The notes under the pieces are model-generated. The model had not been told where the DNA came from. It saw nothing but the letters and a program-made list of their open reading frames with translations, and did not search any database. A stretch of 63,908 bases of DNA, filler included, from Sandaracinaceae bacterium (GTDB taxonomy: Bacteria > Myxococcota_A > Polyangia > Polyangiales > JADJQN01): the NCBI GenBank assembly GCA_947483975.1. It is 3 parts of 3 records of this genome, joined end to end, with 100 filler letters (N's around TTAATTAATTAA, not from the genome) between each part and the next. Parts side by side here need not be neighbours in the genome. Positions count along the whole stretch, not along the records: positions 23,565 to 46,321 come from CANKOL010000042.1; positions 46,422 to 63,908 come from CANKOL010000069.1; 1 more part is not named here. The stretch is one strand, 5' to 3'. The position numbers and the translations under genes are program-made. Of the stretch, positions 41,612 through 51,915 are shown piece by piece (position 1 is the first letter of the stretch; each line of letters opens with the position of its first letter).

Positions 41612-43885
41612 TCAGGGCGTGATCGCGGCGCAGACGCCTGGCGTCGGCGTCGCCTGCGCGCGCCAGGTGCCTGCCGCGGGCGCGCCGAAGCGCTCGATGG
41701 ACCGACCGGCGGCGACCGCGGCGACGCTCGGCGCGGCGAACACAGCGCCGGCGGGCGAGAGCAGCAGCGGGGTGCCCACGCCGTAGACGACCGCGTCCAG
41801 GGGCACGCTCGTCGCGGTGAGGGTCGGCGTCGTGAAGAGGCCGAGTCCGGGGACTCCCGTGCCCGTCGTGTTCAGCAGATCAGGAGTGAAGTTGGTGCCG
41901 ACTCCACACACGGTGCCGCTGCAATCCGTGGGTCCGCCGATCACGAGACACTCGCCCGGCGCCACGAGCCGCGAGGGGAGCGCGGGGGTGACCGCGGAAT
42001 ACGACGCCGCGCCACTGCCGAGCGTGAAGCAGCCGAGCTGCGCGGGCGCCGCGCCGGTGTTGAGCACCTCGACCCACTCCTTGCCGTCGTCGGTGCTGAC
42101 GGCGTCGTAGAGGACCTCGGAGAGCACGAGCGCGCCGGAGCAAGTCGGAACGACACAGCAGTCGAGATCGGCGCAGTCCGCGACCCCGTCGACGTCGTCG
42201 TCGACGCCGTTCGTGCAGAGCGCGACGGTCGTCTCGTGCGGCACGCGCACGACGTCGTCCACGGAGCGCGGCGTGAGCTGATAGTTGCCATTCGCCGAGT
42301 CGATGACGCCGACCAGCGAGCCGAGGCGCTCACCCGAGGCGGGCGGGGGCGTCGCGGCGTAGAGGTCATCGTCGACGCGCATGCTGCCAGTGACGCGCCA
42401 CTCGCCAAACGGGCCCGGCGCGGCGGTTACGTCGACGCCGCGCAGTTCGACGAGCACGCCCTCGTAGGGCTCTCCCGTGCCCGCCTCGAGCGGGACGTTG
42501 CCCGCGAGCGTCGCCGGGTCCGCGACGAGCACGGGCGACGGCATCGGCCCGGCCGACACGCACGCGACCGTGCCCGCGACGAGCTCCGTCAGCGTGCCGA
42601 CCGAGAGCGACGGCGGGTCGCCCGCGTACTCGTCGTAGCGCCCCGCGACATACACCTGATCACCCACCGCGAGGGGCGCCGCGCCGCAGCCGAAGGTCGT
42701 CGGGAGAAACACCAGCACGCCCGAATACGCGGCAGTCGCGGCCGCCATATCCTGCACATAGACGTTGCCGACAGTGCCAGTCCCAGCGGCCTCGGCGAAG
42801 GCGTCGATCGCGGTCACGACGAGCGGACCGGCGAGCGCGACGCGCGTGCCCGAGGCCGGATGCGCTGCGCTCGTGGGATCTTGCACGTCCTGCACGCGCA
42901 GGTGCGTCGGCGCGCTGACGCAGAAGCCCGAGCGCGAGCAGTCTGGGTCGGCGCAGTCGATGAGCCCGTCGCCATCCGAGTCGGCGCCGTCGGTGCACGC
43001 CCAGGCGCCCGCGAGGTCCTCGAGGGGACGCGGCACATCGAGCACGACGTCCGCTGCGTCGCGCGGCAGAAGGCGCACGCGCCCGAACGCGTAGTGCACG
43101 ATCCCGGCGAGCTCGAGGAAGCGGTCCCGACGCGACACCGGGTGCGCATAGAGGGAGTCGTCGACGAGCGCCTCGCCGCTGACGGCAAAGGAGCCGAACA
43201 TGTCGGCGAGCTCGAGCGCGTCGACGCTCGTCAGCACGACGGGCGTGCCCTCGTACGGCTCCGCGGTCGCCGCGACGGCGAGCACGGTGGAGTCCGGCAG
43301 CGCGTGCGGCACCGGGAGCGCGCCGGCGGCGGACGCGGGCGTGACGCAGGTGACGAGGGCGCCGATCAGCTCCGTGACGGTGTCGCCGCTCGTGTCGCTC
43401 GGTACGGCGAATTCGGTGACGACGCCGTCGACGGTGACGACGTCTCCGCGGGCGAGGGCCGTCGCCGCGCCGCAGGGTACGACGGTCGGCTGAAAGACCT
43501 GCACGCCTGAGAAGAGGCCTGCCGCGCTCTCTTGAATCCACACATCGCCCGTGCCCCCGATGCCCGCCTCCGCGAAGGTGTCGACCGCCGTGACGCGGAC
43601 GGACTCGATGCGTACGAGAGTGCCGGCCGACACGTGGGTGGCGCGCGAGACGTCCTGTACGTCGTAGACGGTGACCGTCGTGCTCGCCGCGCCGTCGAGG
43701 CCGCCATCCTCGGCCGAAGCGGCGTCGTCGGGGCCGAGGTCGCTGGGCCCGAGGTCTGCAGAGCCGAGGTCTGCGGTCCCGGCGTCGGGGAGCGCGCGTG
43801 ACCCGCCCTCACTGCCGCAGGCCCCTGCGGTGAGGGCGAGCAGGAGCGTGGTCGCGACGGCGAGGGAGCGTTGCAGGGTAGGCAT
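41612..43885 (-). CDS. Lipoprotein with duplicated OB-fold-like modules and a C-terminal lamin-tail domain
   Basis: TAGAC lipobox; two repeats beginning V.DVQD; two C.(D/N)G.D.D.DG..DCAD.DC motifs; LVLSEVLYD...EWVEVLN. Confidence 0.75.
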   Translation of the reverse strand: MPTLQRSLAVATTLLLALTAGACGSEGGSRALPDAGTADLGSADLGPSDLGPDDAASAEDGGLDGAASTTVTVYDVQDVSRATHVSAGTLVRIESVRVTAVDTFAEAGIGGTGDVWIQESAAGLFSGVQVFQPTVVPCGAATALARGDVVTVDGVVTEFAVPSDTSGDTVTELIGALVTCVTPASAAGALPVPHALPDSTVLAVAATAEPYEGTPVVLTSVDALELADMFGSFAVSGEALVDDSLYAHPVSRRDRFLELAGIVHYAFGRVRLLPRDAADVVLDVPRPLEDLAGAWACTDGADSDGDGLIDCADPDCSRSGFCVSAPTHLRVQDVQDPTSAAHPASGTRVALAGPLVVTAIDAFAEAAGTGTVGNVYVQDMAAATAAYSGVLVFLPTTFGCGAAPLAVGDQVYVAGRYDEYAGDPPSLSVGTLTELVAGTVACVSAGPMPSPVLVADPATLAGNVPLEAGTGEPYEGVLVELRGVDVTAAPGPFGEWRVTGSMRVDDDLYAATPPPASGERLGSLVGVIDSANGNYQLTPRSVDDVVRVPHETTVALCTNGVDDDVDGVADCADLDCCVVPTCSGALVLSEVLYDAVSTDDGKEWVEVLNTGAAPAQLGCFTLGSGAASYSAVTPALPSRLVAPGECLVIGGPTDCSGTVCGVGTNFTPDLLNTTGTGVPGLGLFTTPTLTATSVPLDAVVYGVGTPLLLSPAGAVFAAPSVAAVAAGRSIERFGAPAAGTWRAQATPTPGVCAAITP

Positions 43886-43961
43886 AGCCCGCCACGCTAA
43901 CGCGGCCGGGCAGCGCCCGGCAACTCGCAACTCGGCGAGCGCGCTCCGCTTCGGGCGTACG

Positions 43962-46321
43962 TCAGTGCAGGTAGCGCACGCTGCGGCCGCCGAGCGCGAT
44001 GGTCAGCGCGGCGCGGCGCACGGTCAGCGTCGTGGTGCCGTCGAGCGCGTCGACGAGCGCGCGCCCCTCCGCCGCGACCTCGCTCGGCACGGGCACGGTG
44101 ATGGTCTGCGCGCTCGCGCCGCGGTTGAGCGCGACGAGCACGAGGTCGGCGCCCTCGCCTCGCGCGACGACCCAGAGGTCGTCCGTGACGAGCAGCGTGC
44201 GATAGGCGTGGCTGCGTAGCCCCGGGAGCGCGGCGCGCGCGCGGCCGAGGGCGCTCACGCGAGCGCGCTGCGCCGTCTCGAGCGGGGTCAAGTCAGCGGC
44301 GAGGCGCATGACGCGGCGGTTGTCGGGGTCGGCGCCGCCTGGCTCACCGTGCTCGTCCCCGTAGTAGAGGAGCGGCGCGCCGGGGAGCGACATCAGCCAG
44401 CCGAACGCGAGGTACATACGGTCGTAGGGCTCGCTCGTCGTCGGCGTGGACGGGTAGTTGTCCCACTGGTTGTTGGCGCGCCCAGGATCGGATTGCAGCG
44501 ACAAGAACCGTGAGGTGTCGTGCGAGCCGAGATAGGGAGTCATGATGGCGCCGGCGGGATAGCGCCACTGGCTCGCGCGGGTCCAGTAGTCGATGTGCTG
44601 CATTCCGCGTCCGGGCGCATCCCCGAGGAACTGCAGCGCTCCGGCGTAATACAGGGGAAAATCGAACTGCCCGTCGAGCGCGTGCGGGCCGATGTACTGG
44701 CTGATCGTGTCGTAGTTCCCGACGTTGCCGCCCTCCGTCGGGCCTGCGCTCGAGTCCCACCCCATCGCCGTCTCGCCCATCAGGAACACGGGGGTTCCCG
44801 CCGTCTCGAAGCGCTCGCGCACGCGCACGGAGAGGTCCGTCACGGCGGACGAGTCCACGTGCTTCACGGCGTCGACGCGGAAGCCGTCGAGGTCGTAGTC
44901 CTCCATCCACGCGAGCGAGTCCGCGAGGAGCTGCTCCTGCGCGGCGGGCACCCGCCAATTGACGTCGGGCATATACGGGCGGAACAAGCAGTCGAGTCGC
45001 CGCTCGGTCCAGTCGCAGCCGGGCGAGCCACAGAGACAACCCGCGCTGAACCAGTCCGGATGCTCGGTGTAATACGGATGATCTTCGTGCACATGATTGA
45101 CGACGAAGTCCATCAACACCCGCACTCCGCGCGCGTGCGCGGCGGCGACCATCGCCCGCAATGCGTCGGGGCCGCCGAGGCGCGGATCGACGTCGCGCGG
45201 CGACACGGGCCAATAGCCGTGATAGCCCGCGACGTGGTGCACGTCGTCGGCGGCGAGGTAGGTATTCGCGGGGTTGGTGTTGAAGGGTGAGATCCAGAGG
45301 GCGCCCGCGCCGAGATCCGTGATCGAACCGTCCTCGAGCGCGGCGGTGATGCCCTCGAGGTCGCCGCCCGCCCAGCCTGCGCCGGGGCTGGCGTCAGCGG
45401 AGGTGCCGTCGTTCGACGGGTCTCCGTTGCGGTAGCGGTCGGCCATGATCATGTAGAGGAGCGTGCCGTCCCAGGAGAAGCGCTGCGCCTCGATCCACAC
45501 GGGCAGGAGCACGCTCTCGCTGGCCGCGCCGCGGGCGTCGGCCGCGGTGACGCGCGCCGTGTATTTCCCGTCTACGAGGCCGCTGACGTGCACCTCGACG
45601 CCGGTGGCCGTGCGGGTGAGTTCGCTCGCGGTGAGGGGGCGCCAGGTCGTGCCGACTCGGAGGTCACCGCTCGTCGAGGCGAGCGCGCCGGCGTGCCGCG
45701 CGTCGTAGCGCAGCACGGCGTCGAGGTGCCCCTCGCCGACTCCGGCGCGCGCGCCCGCCGCCGACACGACGGTGAGCGCGGGGAGCGAACAATCCGGGAC
45801 GCGCAACCCCGAGTTCTCGACCCCGTCGGACCAGACTCGATAGGCGTTCCCCGGGTCGAGGCGCCACGGTTCGCCGCCATCGCCGTCGACGTAGAGCTTG
45901 TAGGGATAGAGCCCCGGCGCGAGGAGGAGCGTGCGCCGATAGGTGCCAGTCCCGTCGTCGAGCAATTCATCGGCGCTCGACGAGAAGGTGTTGAAGCTGC
46001 CCGCGAGGAACACGCGCGGCGCGCTGCCGCTCGCGTGATAGACGACCTCGGCCTCACAGCGCAGCCCCGCGGGCGCCCCGTCGCGCGTACCGCCGTCGAC
46101 GCTGACCGCGTCGTCGTCGCCGCAGCCGAGCGCGAACATCGTGAGCAGCGCGAGCAGCGCGACGACGCTCGAAGTCAGGGCTCCGCGCCGCCTCCGCGCG
46201 AGCGCGATCAGCAGGAACAGCCCCGCGCCCGCGAGCCCGAGCGGGGCACCGTGGGGAGACGCGCCCGGCGCCGTGCAGCCGCAGCTGCTGTCGCCCCCGC
46301 CGCACGCTGCGCCGACGCACG
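43962..46321 (-). CDS. GH13 alpha-amylase with CBM48; frame open to the gap (5' truncated) with internal MYXO-CTERM and lipobox
   Basis: V.LAGSFN..., G.Y.YK..VDG (CBM48); YHGYW, DFVVNH, GFRVDAVKH, GE, SHD; upstream of ATG 46139 the same frame reads CVGAACGGGDSSCGCTAPG...[33 protein letters not shown] with no stop. Confidence 0.88.
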
Positions 46322-46421
46322 NNNNNNNNNNNNNNNNNNNNNNNNNNNNNNNNNNNNNNNNNNNNTTAATTAATTAANNNNNNNNNNNNNNNNNNNNNNN
46401 NNNNNNNNNNNNNNNNNNNNN
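46322..46421. other. Artificial contig-joining linker
   Basis: 44 N + TTAATTAATTAA + 44 N. Confidence 0.97.
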
Positions 46422-46681
46422 CCCGCGTCCTCTTGCCGCGCCCGCTGCCGCTCCCCGATCCGCCGACGCTCCCCGACGACCCGTGGCCCGGCCCCGGCGC
46501 GCAGGGCCCCGTCGTGCGCCTCTCGGGGCCGCACCGCGTGAGCGGCGGCTGGTGGGGCACGCGCACCGCGGCGGCGATCGAGCGCGATTACTACTGGGCC
46601 GAGACGCGCCGCGGGGACCTGCTCTGGGTCTTCTACGACCGCCCGCGTCGCCGGTGGTTCCTGCAGGGGCGCGCAGATTGA
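46422..46681 (+). CDS. imuB: C-terminus of ImuB (Y-family polymerase-like), 5' truncated
   Basis: GP.R.SGGWW, RDYY.AE...G.LLWVF, W.LQG; dnaE2 lies 2 kb downstream. Confidence 0.8.
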
Positions 46682-46804
46682 GCAAGGAGCGCGTCGGCGC
46701 GCTGATTGAGCAAGGAGCGCGTCGGCGCGCAGACTGAGCAAGGAGCGCGTCGGCGCGCAGACTGAGCAAGGAGCGCGTCGGCGCGCTGATTGAGCAAGGA
46801 GCGC
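46669..46804. repeat. 28-bp tandem repeat (4 full plus partial units) with a hairpin per unit
   Basis: gagcaaggagcgcgtcggcgcgc(tgatt/agact); GCGCG-TCGG-CGCGC stem; overlaps the imuB stop. Confidence 0.9.
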
Positions 46805-46896
46805 GGCTCGTGAACCGACGTGCCTCCGGCTCAAGTCGCTCGAGACTCCATGCGCCCCCCTCAAGAATTCTACGAGAGCCACCGATTTAGACTCTG

Positions 46897-47610
46897 ATGG
46901 GTTTTCTGCGCGACACGCTTGGGGCGACGGCCCTCGTGCTCGCTGCCGGCCTCGTGCTGACGGCGTCGATCGCGCTTGCCGATGACTCCCGCGACGACAG
47001 CCGCAGTGAAGACAGCCGCAGTGAAGACAGCAGCGACGACGACTCGCCCTCGCCTTGGCACTTCGACGTCGACCTCGGCTATGGGCGCAGCGAGGTGCGC
47101 TTCGCAGTCCCGGCGTCGTATGCGGGCGCTTGCGACGCGGTGACGGTCCTGCCGCCGGACACGCCGCCCGAGCTCGTGCCGGCGCCGCCCGTCGCGTGCG
47201 CGCTGCCGAACACCACCGTCGACGTGATGCGCGGCACGCTCGGCGTCGGGAACGGCGGCTTCACCTTCGAGGCGTCGCTCGTCGTCGACCGCAGCGTCTT
47301 CGACGGCAGCGGCAGCACGAGCGAGCCGTACCTCGCGTGGTCCGGCGGCGTGCGCCTCGACACCTCGTGGACGGGCGTCTTCGCGTTCCAATTCCGCTTC
47401 GCCTACGTGCGGCGTGAGAGCACCGGCATCGCGGGCGAGGGCGGCCGCGCGGGGATGGGCCTCATCGTGCGCCTCGTGCCCTGGCTCGTGCTCTACGGCG
47501 AGGCGTCGATCGACCTGACCACCGTCCCCGCGTGGATGAGCGACGGCGGCGCGCTCTTCTCCTACACGAGCTGGTACGGCGGCGGGCTGCGCTTCGAGTT
47601 CGGACACTGA
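46897..47610 (+). CDS. Putative outer-membrane beta-barrel protein
   Basis: Signal peptide ALA-D, alternating beta strands, C-terminal GGGLRFEF. Confidence 0.65.
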   Translation: MGFLRDTLGATALVLAAGLVLTASIALADDSRDDSRSEDSRSEDSSDDDSPSPWHFDVDLGYGRSEVRFAVPASYAGACDAVTVLPPDTPPELVPAPPVACALPNTTVDVMRGTLGVGNGGFTFEASLVVDRSVFDGSGSTSEPYLAWSGGVRLDTSWTGVFAFQFRFAYVRRESTGIAGEGGRAGMGLIVRLVPWLVLYGEASIDLTTVPAWMSDGGALFSYTSWYGGGLRFEFGH

Positions 47611-47637
47611 GCGTCGCGCCGGAGCCGCGCGGCGGGC

Positions 47638-48657
47638 TCAGCGCACCATCAACATTCCGCCGTGCCCATCCATCGTGCCGCTGATGTCGCAGCTGCTGTT
47701 GGTCAGCGTCATGTCGACGCCGCGCAGCCCGGTGTCGGCGAGCGCCGCCGAGCCGCCGAAGAAGAAGTGGTCGGTCGCGCTGGTGTAGCCGGTGTACGCG
47801 AGCATCGTCGGTGAGCCACCGACGGGCGCGCAGGTTCCCTGCACGACGGTGAGCCCGGTGATCGGGTACGCCGCGCTCGAGTACGCCGCGACGAAGCCGA
47901 CCGGCACCGAGAACTGGAACACCGGATTCGCCCCCCAATCCTTGGCGCTGCCGCGCCGCCCGACGAGCACCTCCGTGAAGACGAGCGCGCTGCCGAGGCC
48001 GAGCGCGTAGGGATCGTTGTCCACGTCCGGCGCGCCCGAAGGCGTCGTCCAGCCGAACGTCGCCTCCACGTTGTCCGTCCGCCCGACGAGCGTCCAGCCG
48101 CCCCCGGCGATCGCCATATCGCAGTAGACCCGCACCGGCGCGCTGGGCCCGAGGCCGTCGACGTCGATCGTGTAGAGGCCGCTCGCGAGCGGGCCGAGGC
48201 AAGGGTCGTCGCGCAGCTCCCGACAGGAGCGGTGATTTGCATAGCCGAGGTCAGCGCACGACGGCGGCCCGAGGTCCGTCACGCCGAGGTCCGCGGCGCC
48301 GAGGTCCGCGATGCCCAGGTCGACGCCGAGATCTGCGCCCAGATCCGCCGCGCCGAGGTCGGTGACGCCGAGGTCCGACCCGAGATCCGCCAGACCGAGG
48401 TCGCCACTGCCGAGGTCGCCGCTGCCGAGGTCGTCGCTGCCGAGGTCGGTGACGCCGAGGTCGGTGACGCCGAGGTCCACCCCGCCGAGGTCGTCGCTGC
48501 CGAGGTCGCTCCCGGCGAGATCTGGCGCAGGGCCATCGGCGCGGCCCCCATCGACCGGCGGTGTTCCGCCTTCCCCGACGCTGAGCCCCGTGCGCTCGAC
48601 GGCGCAGGCCGAGACCGCGAGCACCGCGCCGAGGAGCACGACAGCAGGGACACGCAT
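47638..48657 (-). CDS. Lipoprotein with long DLG-repeat linker and fibrinogen-like C-terminal domain
   Basis: AVSAC lipobox; SC.E.....SGLYTID.DG.GP....VYCDM...GGGWTLV. Confidence 0.8.
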   Translation of the reverse strand: MRVPAVVLLGAVLAVSACAVERTGLSVGEGGTPPVDGGRADGPAPDLAGSDLGSDDLGGVDLGVTDLGVTDLGSDDLGSGDLGSGDLGLADLGSDLGVTDLGAADLGADLGVDLGIADLGAADLGVTDLGPPSCADLGYANHRSCRELRDDPCLGPLASGLYTIDVDGLGPSAPVRVYCDMAIAGGGWTLVGRTDNVEATFGWTTPSGAPDVDNDPYALGLGSALVFTEVLVGRRGSAKDWGANPVFQFSVPVGFVAAYSSAAYPITGLTVVQGTCAPVGGSPTMLAYTGYTSATDHFFFGGSAALADTGLRGVDMTLTNSSCDISGTMDGHGGMLMVR

Positions 48658-48687
48658 CAGCCGAGGATACGCGCGAGACGCGAGACG

Positions 48688-48711
48688 TTGACACCTGCTG
48701 CTATGTTCAGT
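48688..48711 (+). promoter_or_regulatory. Putative dnaE2 promoter with LexA-like box
   Basis: TTGACA at 48688 followed by CTG-N7-GTTCAG, a partial match to the Myxococcus LexA box. Confidence 0.4.
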
Positions 48712-48739
48712 ATCGATCGCCTCCCCGGGAGGTCCGCTG

Positions 48740-51700
48740 ATGTCGTCCTCGTACGTGCCCCTCTGGGTGAAGTCGTGCTTCAGCTTCCTCGAGGGCGCGA
48801 GCCATCCCGAAGAGCTCGTCGAAGCCGCGCACAAGCTCGGGCTGCCCGCCATCGCGCTCGCCGATCGGGACGGCGTCTACGGGCTCGTGCGCGCGCACGT
48901 GAAGGCGCAGGAGCTCGGGCAGCCGCTACTGATCGGCACCGAGCTGACCGTCGTCGCCCGCGCCTCGCTCGAGGACGACAGCGCAGTGCCCGAGCACGTC
49001 GTCTTGCTCGCCGGCTCGCGTGAGGGCTACGCGGCGATGTGCAAGCTGGTCTCGCGTGCGCGCCTGCGCTGTGAAAAAGGGCGTGCGCGCGCGAGCCGCG
49101 AGGAGCTGTGTCTCGCGGGGCAGGAGTCCGCGGGCGGGCTCGTCGCGCTCGTGCCTCGACCCGCGCTGCTCGCGCCGCTGCGCGAGGCTTTCGGAGGCGC
49201 GCTCTATGCGCTCGTCGCGCGGCACCGCGTCGCGGGCGAGGACGAGCTCGAGGCGCTGCTGCGCCGCGAGGCCAAGCGCGTCGGTGCGCCCGTCGTCGCG
49301 TCGAACGAGGTGCTCTATCACTCGCCCTCGCGCCGCCCGTTGCAGGACGTGCTCACCTGTATTCGACACGGCACGACGCTGCGCGCGGCGGGCACGCTCC
49401 TGCGCCCGAACGCCGAGCATGGGCTCCACAGCGACGCCGCGATGCGCGCGCTCTTCGCCGACGATCTCGCGTCTCTCTCGCGCACGCACGAGGTGGCCGA
49501 GCGCACGCGCTTCTCGCTCGCGGAGATTCGCTATCGCTATCCGTCCGAGCGCCTGCCCGAGCCGTATGGCGAGATCGATTGGCTCCGCGAGCTGACCTAT
49601 CGCGGGGCGCGCGTTCGCTACGACGGGGAGCCGCCCGACGCGGTGTGCGCGCAGCTCGACAAGGAGCTCGCGCTGATCGCGGAGCTCGACTTCGGCGGGT
49701 ACTTCCTGACGATGTGGGAGATCGTCGAGGAGTGCCGCCGCCGCCGGATCCTCTGCCAAGGGCGCGGCAGCGCGGCGAACAGCGCGGTCTGCTTTTGCCT
49801 GGGGATCACGGCGATCGACCCCGTGAAGATGGACCTGCTCTTCGAGCGCTTTCTCTCGCGTGAGCGCGCCGAGCCGCCGGACATCGACCTCGACATGGAG
49901 CACGAGCGCCGCGAGGAGATATTGCAGTGGGTCTACGAGCGCTATGGGCGCAGGCACGCCGCGATGGTGGCCAATCTGATCCGCTATCGCACCAAGAGCG
50001 CAGTCCGCGACGTCGGCAAGGCGCTCGGCTTGCCGGTGACGGCGATGGACCATCTCTCGAAGCTGCTCAGCTATCGAGAGGGGCTCACCGACGAGGCGCT
50101 GCGCACGGCGGGGCTCGACCCCGAGTCGCCGACGATCACCCTGCTCACCGAGCTGTCTTCGCAAATCCTCGACTTCCCGCGGCACCTCTCGATCCACCCG
50201 GGCGGCTTTCTGCTCGGGCACGAGCCTGTCGACACGCTCGTGCCGATCGAGCCCGCGACGATGGAGGGGCGCACCGTCATTCAGTGGGACAAATACGACG
50301 TCGAGGCGCTCGGACTCTTCAAGGTGGATCTGCTCGCGCTCGGCTCGCTCACCGTCGTCGAGCGCTGCTTTCAGATGCTGCGCGTGCATCACGGCGTCGA
50401 CCTCGACATGGCGCGCGTGCCACAAGAGGACGCCGACACCTATACGATGTGCGCGCGCGGCGACACGATCGGCGTCTTTCAGATCGAGAGTCGCGCGCAG
50501 ATGTCGATGCTGCCGCGCCTCAAGCCGCGCACGTTCTATGACCTCGTGATTCAGGTCGCGATCGTGCGCCCGGGGCCGATTCAGGGGGATATGGTGCACC
50601 CTTATCTGCGGCGCAGAGATGGACTCGAGCCCGTCGAGTTGCCGCACCCCGATCTCGAGCGCGTGCTGATGCGCACGCTCGGAGTGCCCATCTTTCAAGA
50701 GCAGGTGATGAAGCTCGCCGTCGTCGTCGGGGGATATACCGGCGGTGAGGCGGATCAGCTGCGCAGGGACATGGCCGCGTGGAAGTCCTCGGGGCGCATC
50801 GAGGCCCACCACGATCTGCTCGTGTCGCGCATGATCGAACACGGCATCACGGAGGACTTCGCAGAGCGGGTGTTCTCGCAGATTCGTGGGTTTGGCGAGT
50901 ACGGCTTTCCGGAGTCGCACGCGGCGAGCTTTGCGCTGATCGCCTATGTGACCGCGTGGCTCAAGCGGCATTATCCGGCGGCGTTCGCGTGTGGGTTGCT
51001 CAACGCGCAGCCGATGGGCTTCTACGCGCCGTCGACGATCCTCGAGGACGCCAAACGACACGGGCTCGAGGTGCGCCCGATCGCGATCGACGCGAGCGAG
51101 TGGGACTGCACGCTCGAGAGCGCCGAGCGGCCGATGAGCATTCGCGCAGACGGCGCGCGCGTGCGTGGCGGACCGGCGATTCGTATGGGCTTGCGCTACG
51201 TACGGGGACTCGGGAGCCGTGAGCGCGAACAGCTCGAGTCGGCGCGCGTCGATGGGCCATTTCACGACGTCGAGGAGGTCGCGCGGCGCACGGGCCTCAA
51301 CTCGCGTGCGATGCTCGCGCTCAGCGAATCGGGCGCCTTCGAGCCCTTCGGCGTCGGGCGGCGCGACGCGCTCTGGACGGCGCGAGGCTTCGCGTCGAAG
51401 AAGGACGACGCGCTCGCGCTGCCTGACGCGAGCGACGCGCAGTTCGGGGAGCTCTCGCGGGGCGAGGAGATCGTCTGGGACTACCGCGTCAGCTCGCACA
51501 GCACGCGCGGGCACCCGATGGCGCGCTTTCGCGGCGCGCTCTCCGCGCGGCGCATCCCGAGCGCGAGCGAGGTCGTGCGCCTTGCGGACGGCGCGCACAC
51601 CTCGTACGTCGGCTACGTGATCTGCCGACAGCGCCCCGGCACAGCGAGCGGCGTCGTCTTCTACACGCTCGAGGACGAGACGGGCTTCGTCAACGCCGTG

Positions 51701-51880
51701 GTGTGGTCGACCGTCTTCGCGCAATACGAGGCGCTCGCGAAGACCGCGAGCCTACTCGGGATGACGGGGCGTATTCAGTCGCAGCACGGCGTCGTGCACT
51801 TGGTCGCAGAGACGCTGTTTTTGCCGGAGCTGTCGGCGCCGAAGGAAGGGAGTGTCGTGCGCTCGAGGGACTTTCATTGA
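48740..51880 (+). CDS. dnaE2: Error-prone DNA polymerase DnaE2
   Basis: FSFLEGASHPEEL, QGRGSAANS, EPPDIDLD, PRHLSIHPGG, FGEYGFPESH, QPMGFY, QRPGTA.GV.F.TLEDETG, C-terminal SRDFH. Confidence 0.96.
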   Translation: MSSSYVPLWVKSCFSFLEGASHPEELVEAAHKLGLPAIALADRDGVYGLVRAHVKAQELGQPLLIGTELTVVARASLEDDSAVPEHVVLLAGSREGYAAMCKLVSRARLRCEKGRARASREELCLAGQESAGGLVALVPRPALLAPLREAFGGALYALVARHRVAGEDELEALLRREAKRVGAPVVASNEVLYHSPSRRPLQDVLTCIRHGTTLRAAGTLLRPNAEHGLHSDAAMRALFADDLASLSRTHEVAERTRFSLAEIRYRYPSERLPEPYGEIDWLRELTYRGARVRYDGEPPDAVCAQLDKELALIAELDFGGYFLTMWEIVEECRRRRILCQGRGSAANSAVCFCLGITAIDPVKMDLLFERFLSRERAEPPDIDLDMEHERREEILQWVYERYGRRHAAMVANLIRYRTKSAVRDVGKALGLPVTAMDHLSKLLSYREGLTDEALRTAGLDPESPTITLLTELSSQILDFPRHLSIHPGGFLLGHEPVDTLVPIEPATMEGRTVIQWDKYDVEALGLFKVDLLALGSLTVVERCFQMLRVHHGVDLDMARVPQEDADTYTMCARGDTIGVFQIESRAQMSMLPRLKPRTFYDLVIQVAIVRPGPIQGDMVHPYLRRRDGLEPVELPHPDLERVLMRTLGVPIFQEQVMKLAVVVGGYTGGEADQLRRDMAAWKSSGRIEAHHDLLVSRMIEHGITEDFAERVFSQIRGFGEYGFPESHAASFALIAYVTAWLKRHYPAAFACGLLNAQPMGFYAPSTILEDAKRHGLEVRPIAIDASEWDCTLESAERPMSIRADGARVRGGPAIRMGLRYVRGLGSREREQLESARVDGPFHDVEEVARRTGLNSRAMLALSESGAFEPFGVGRRDALWTARGFASKKDDALALPDASDAQFGELSRGEEIVWDYRVSSHSTRGHPMARFRGALSARRIPSASEVVRLADGAHTSYVGYVICRQRPGTASGVVFYTLEDETGFVNAVVWSTVFAQYEALAKTASLLGMTGRIQSQHGVVHLVAETLFLPELSAPKEGSVVRSRDFH

Positions 51881-51915
51881 GAGGATGGCGCGATGTCGCG
51901 TTGGATCCGGCGTTG

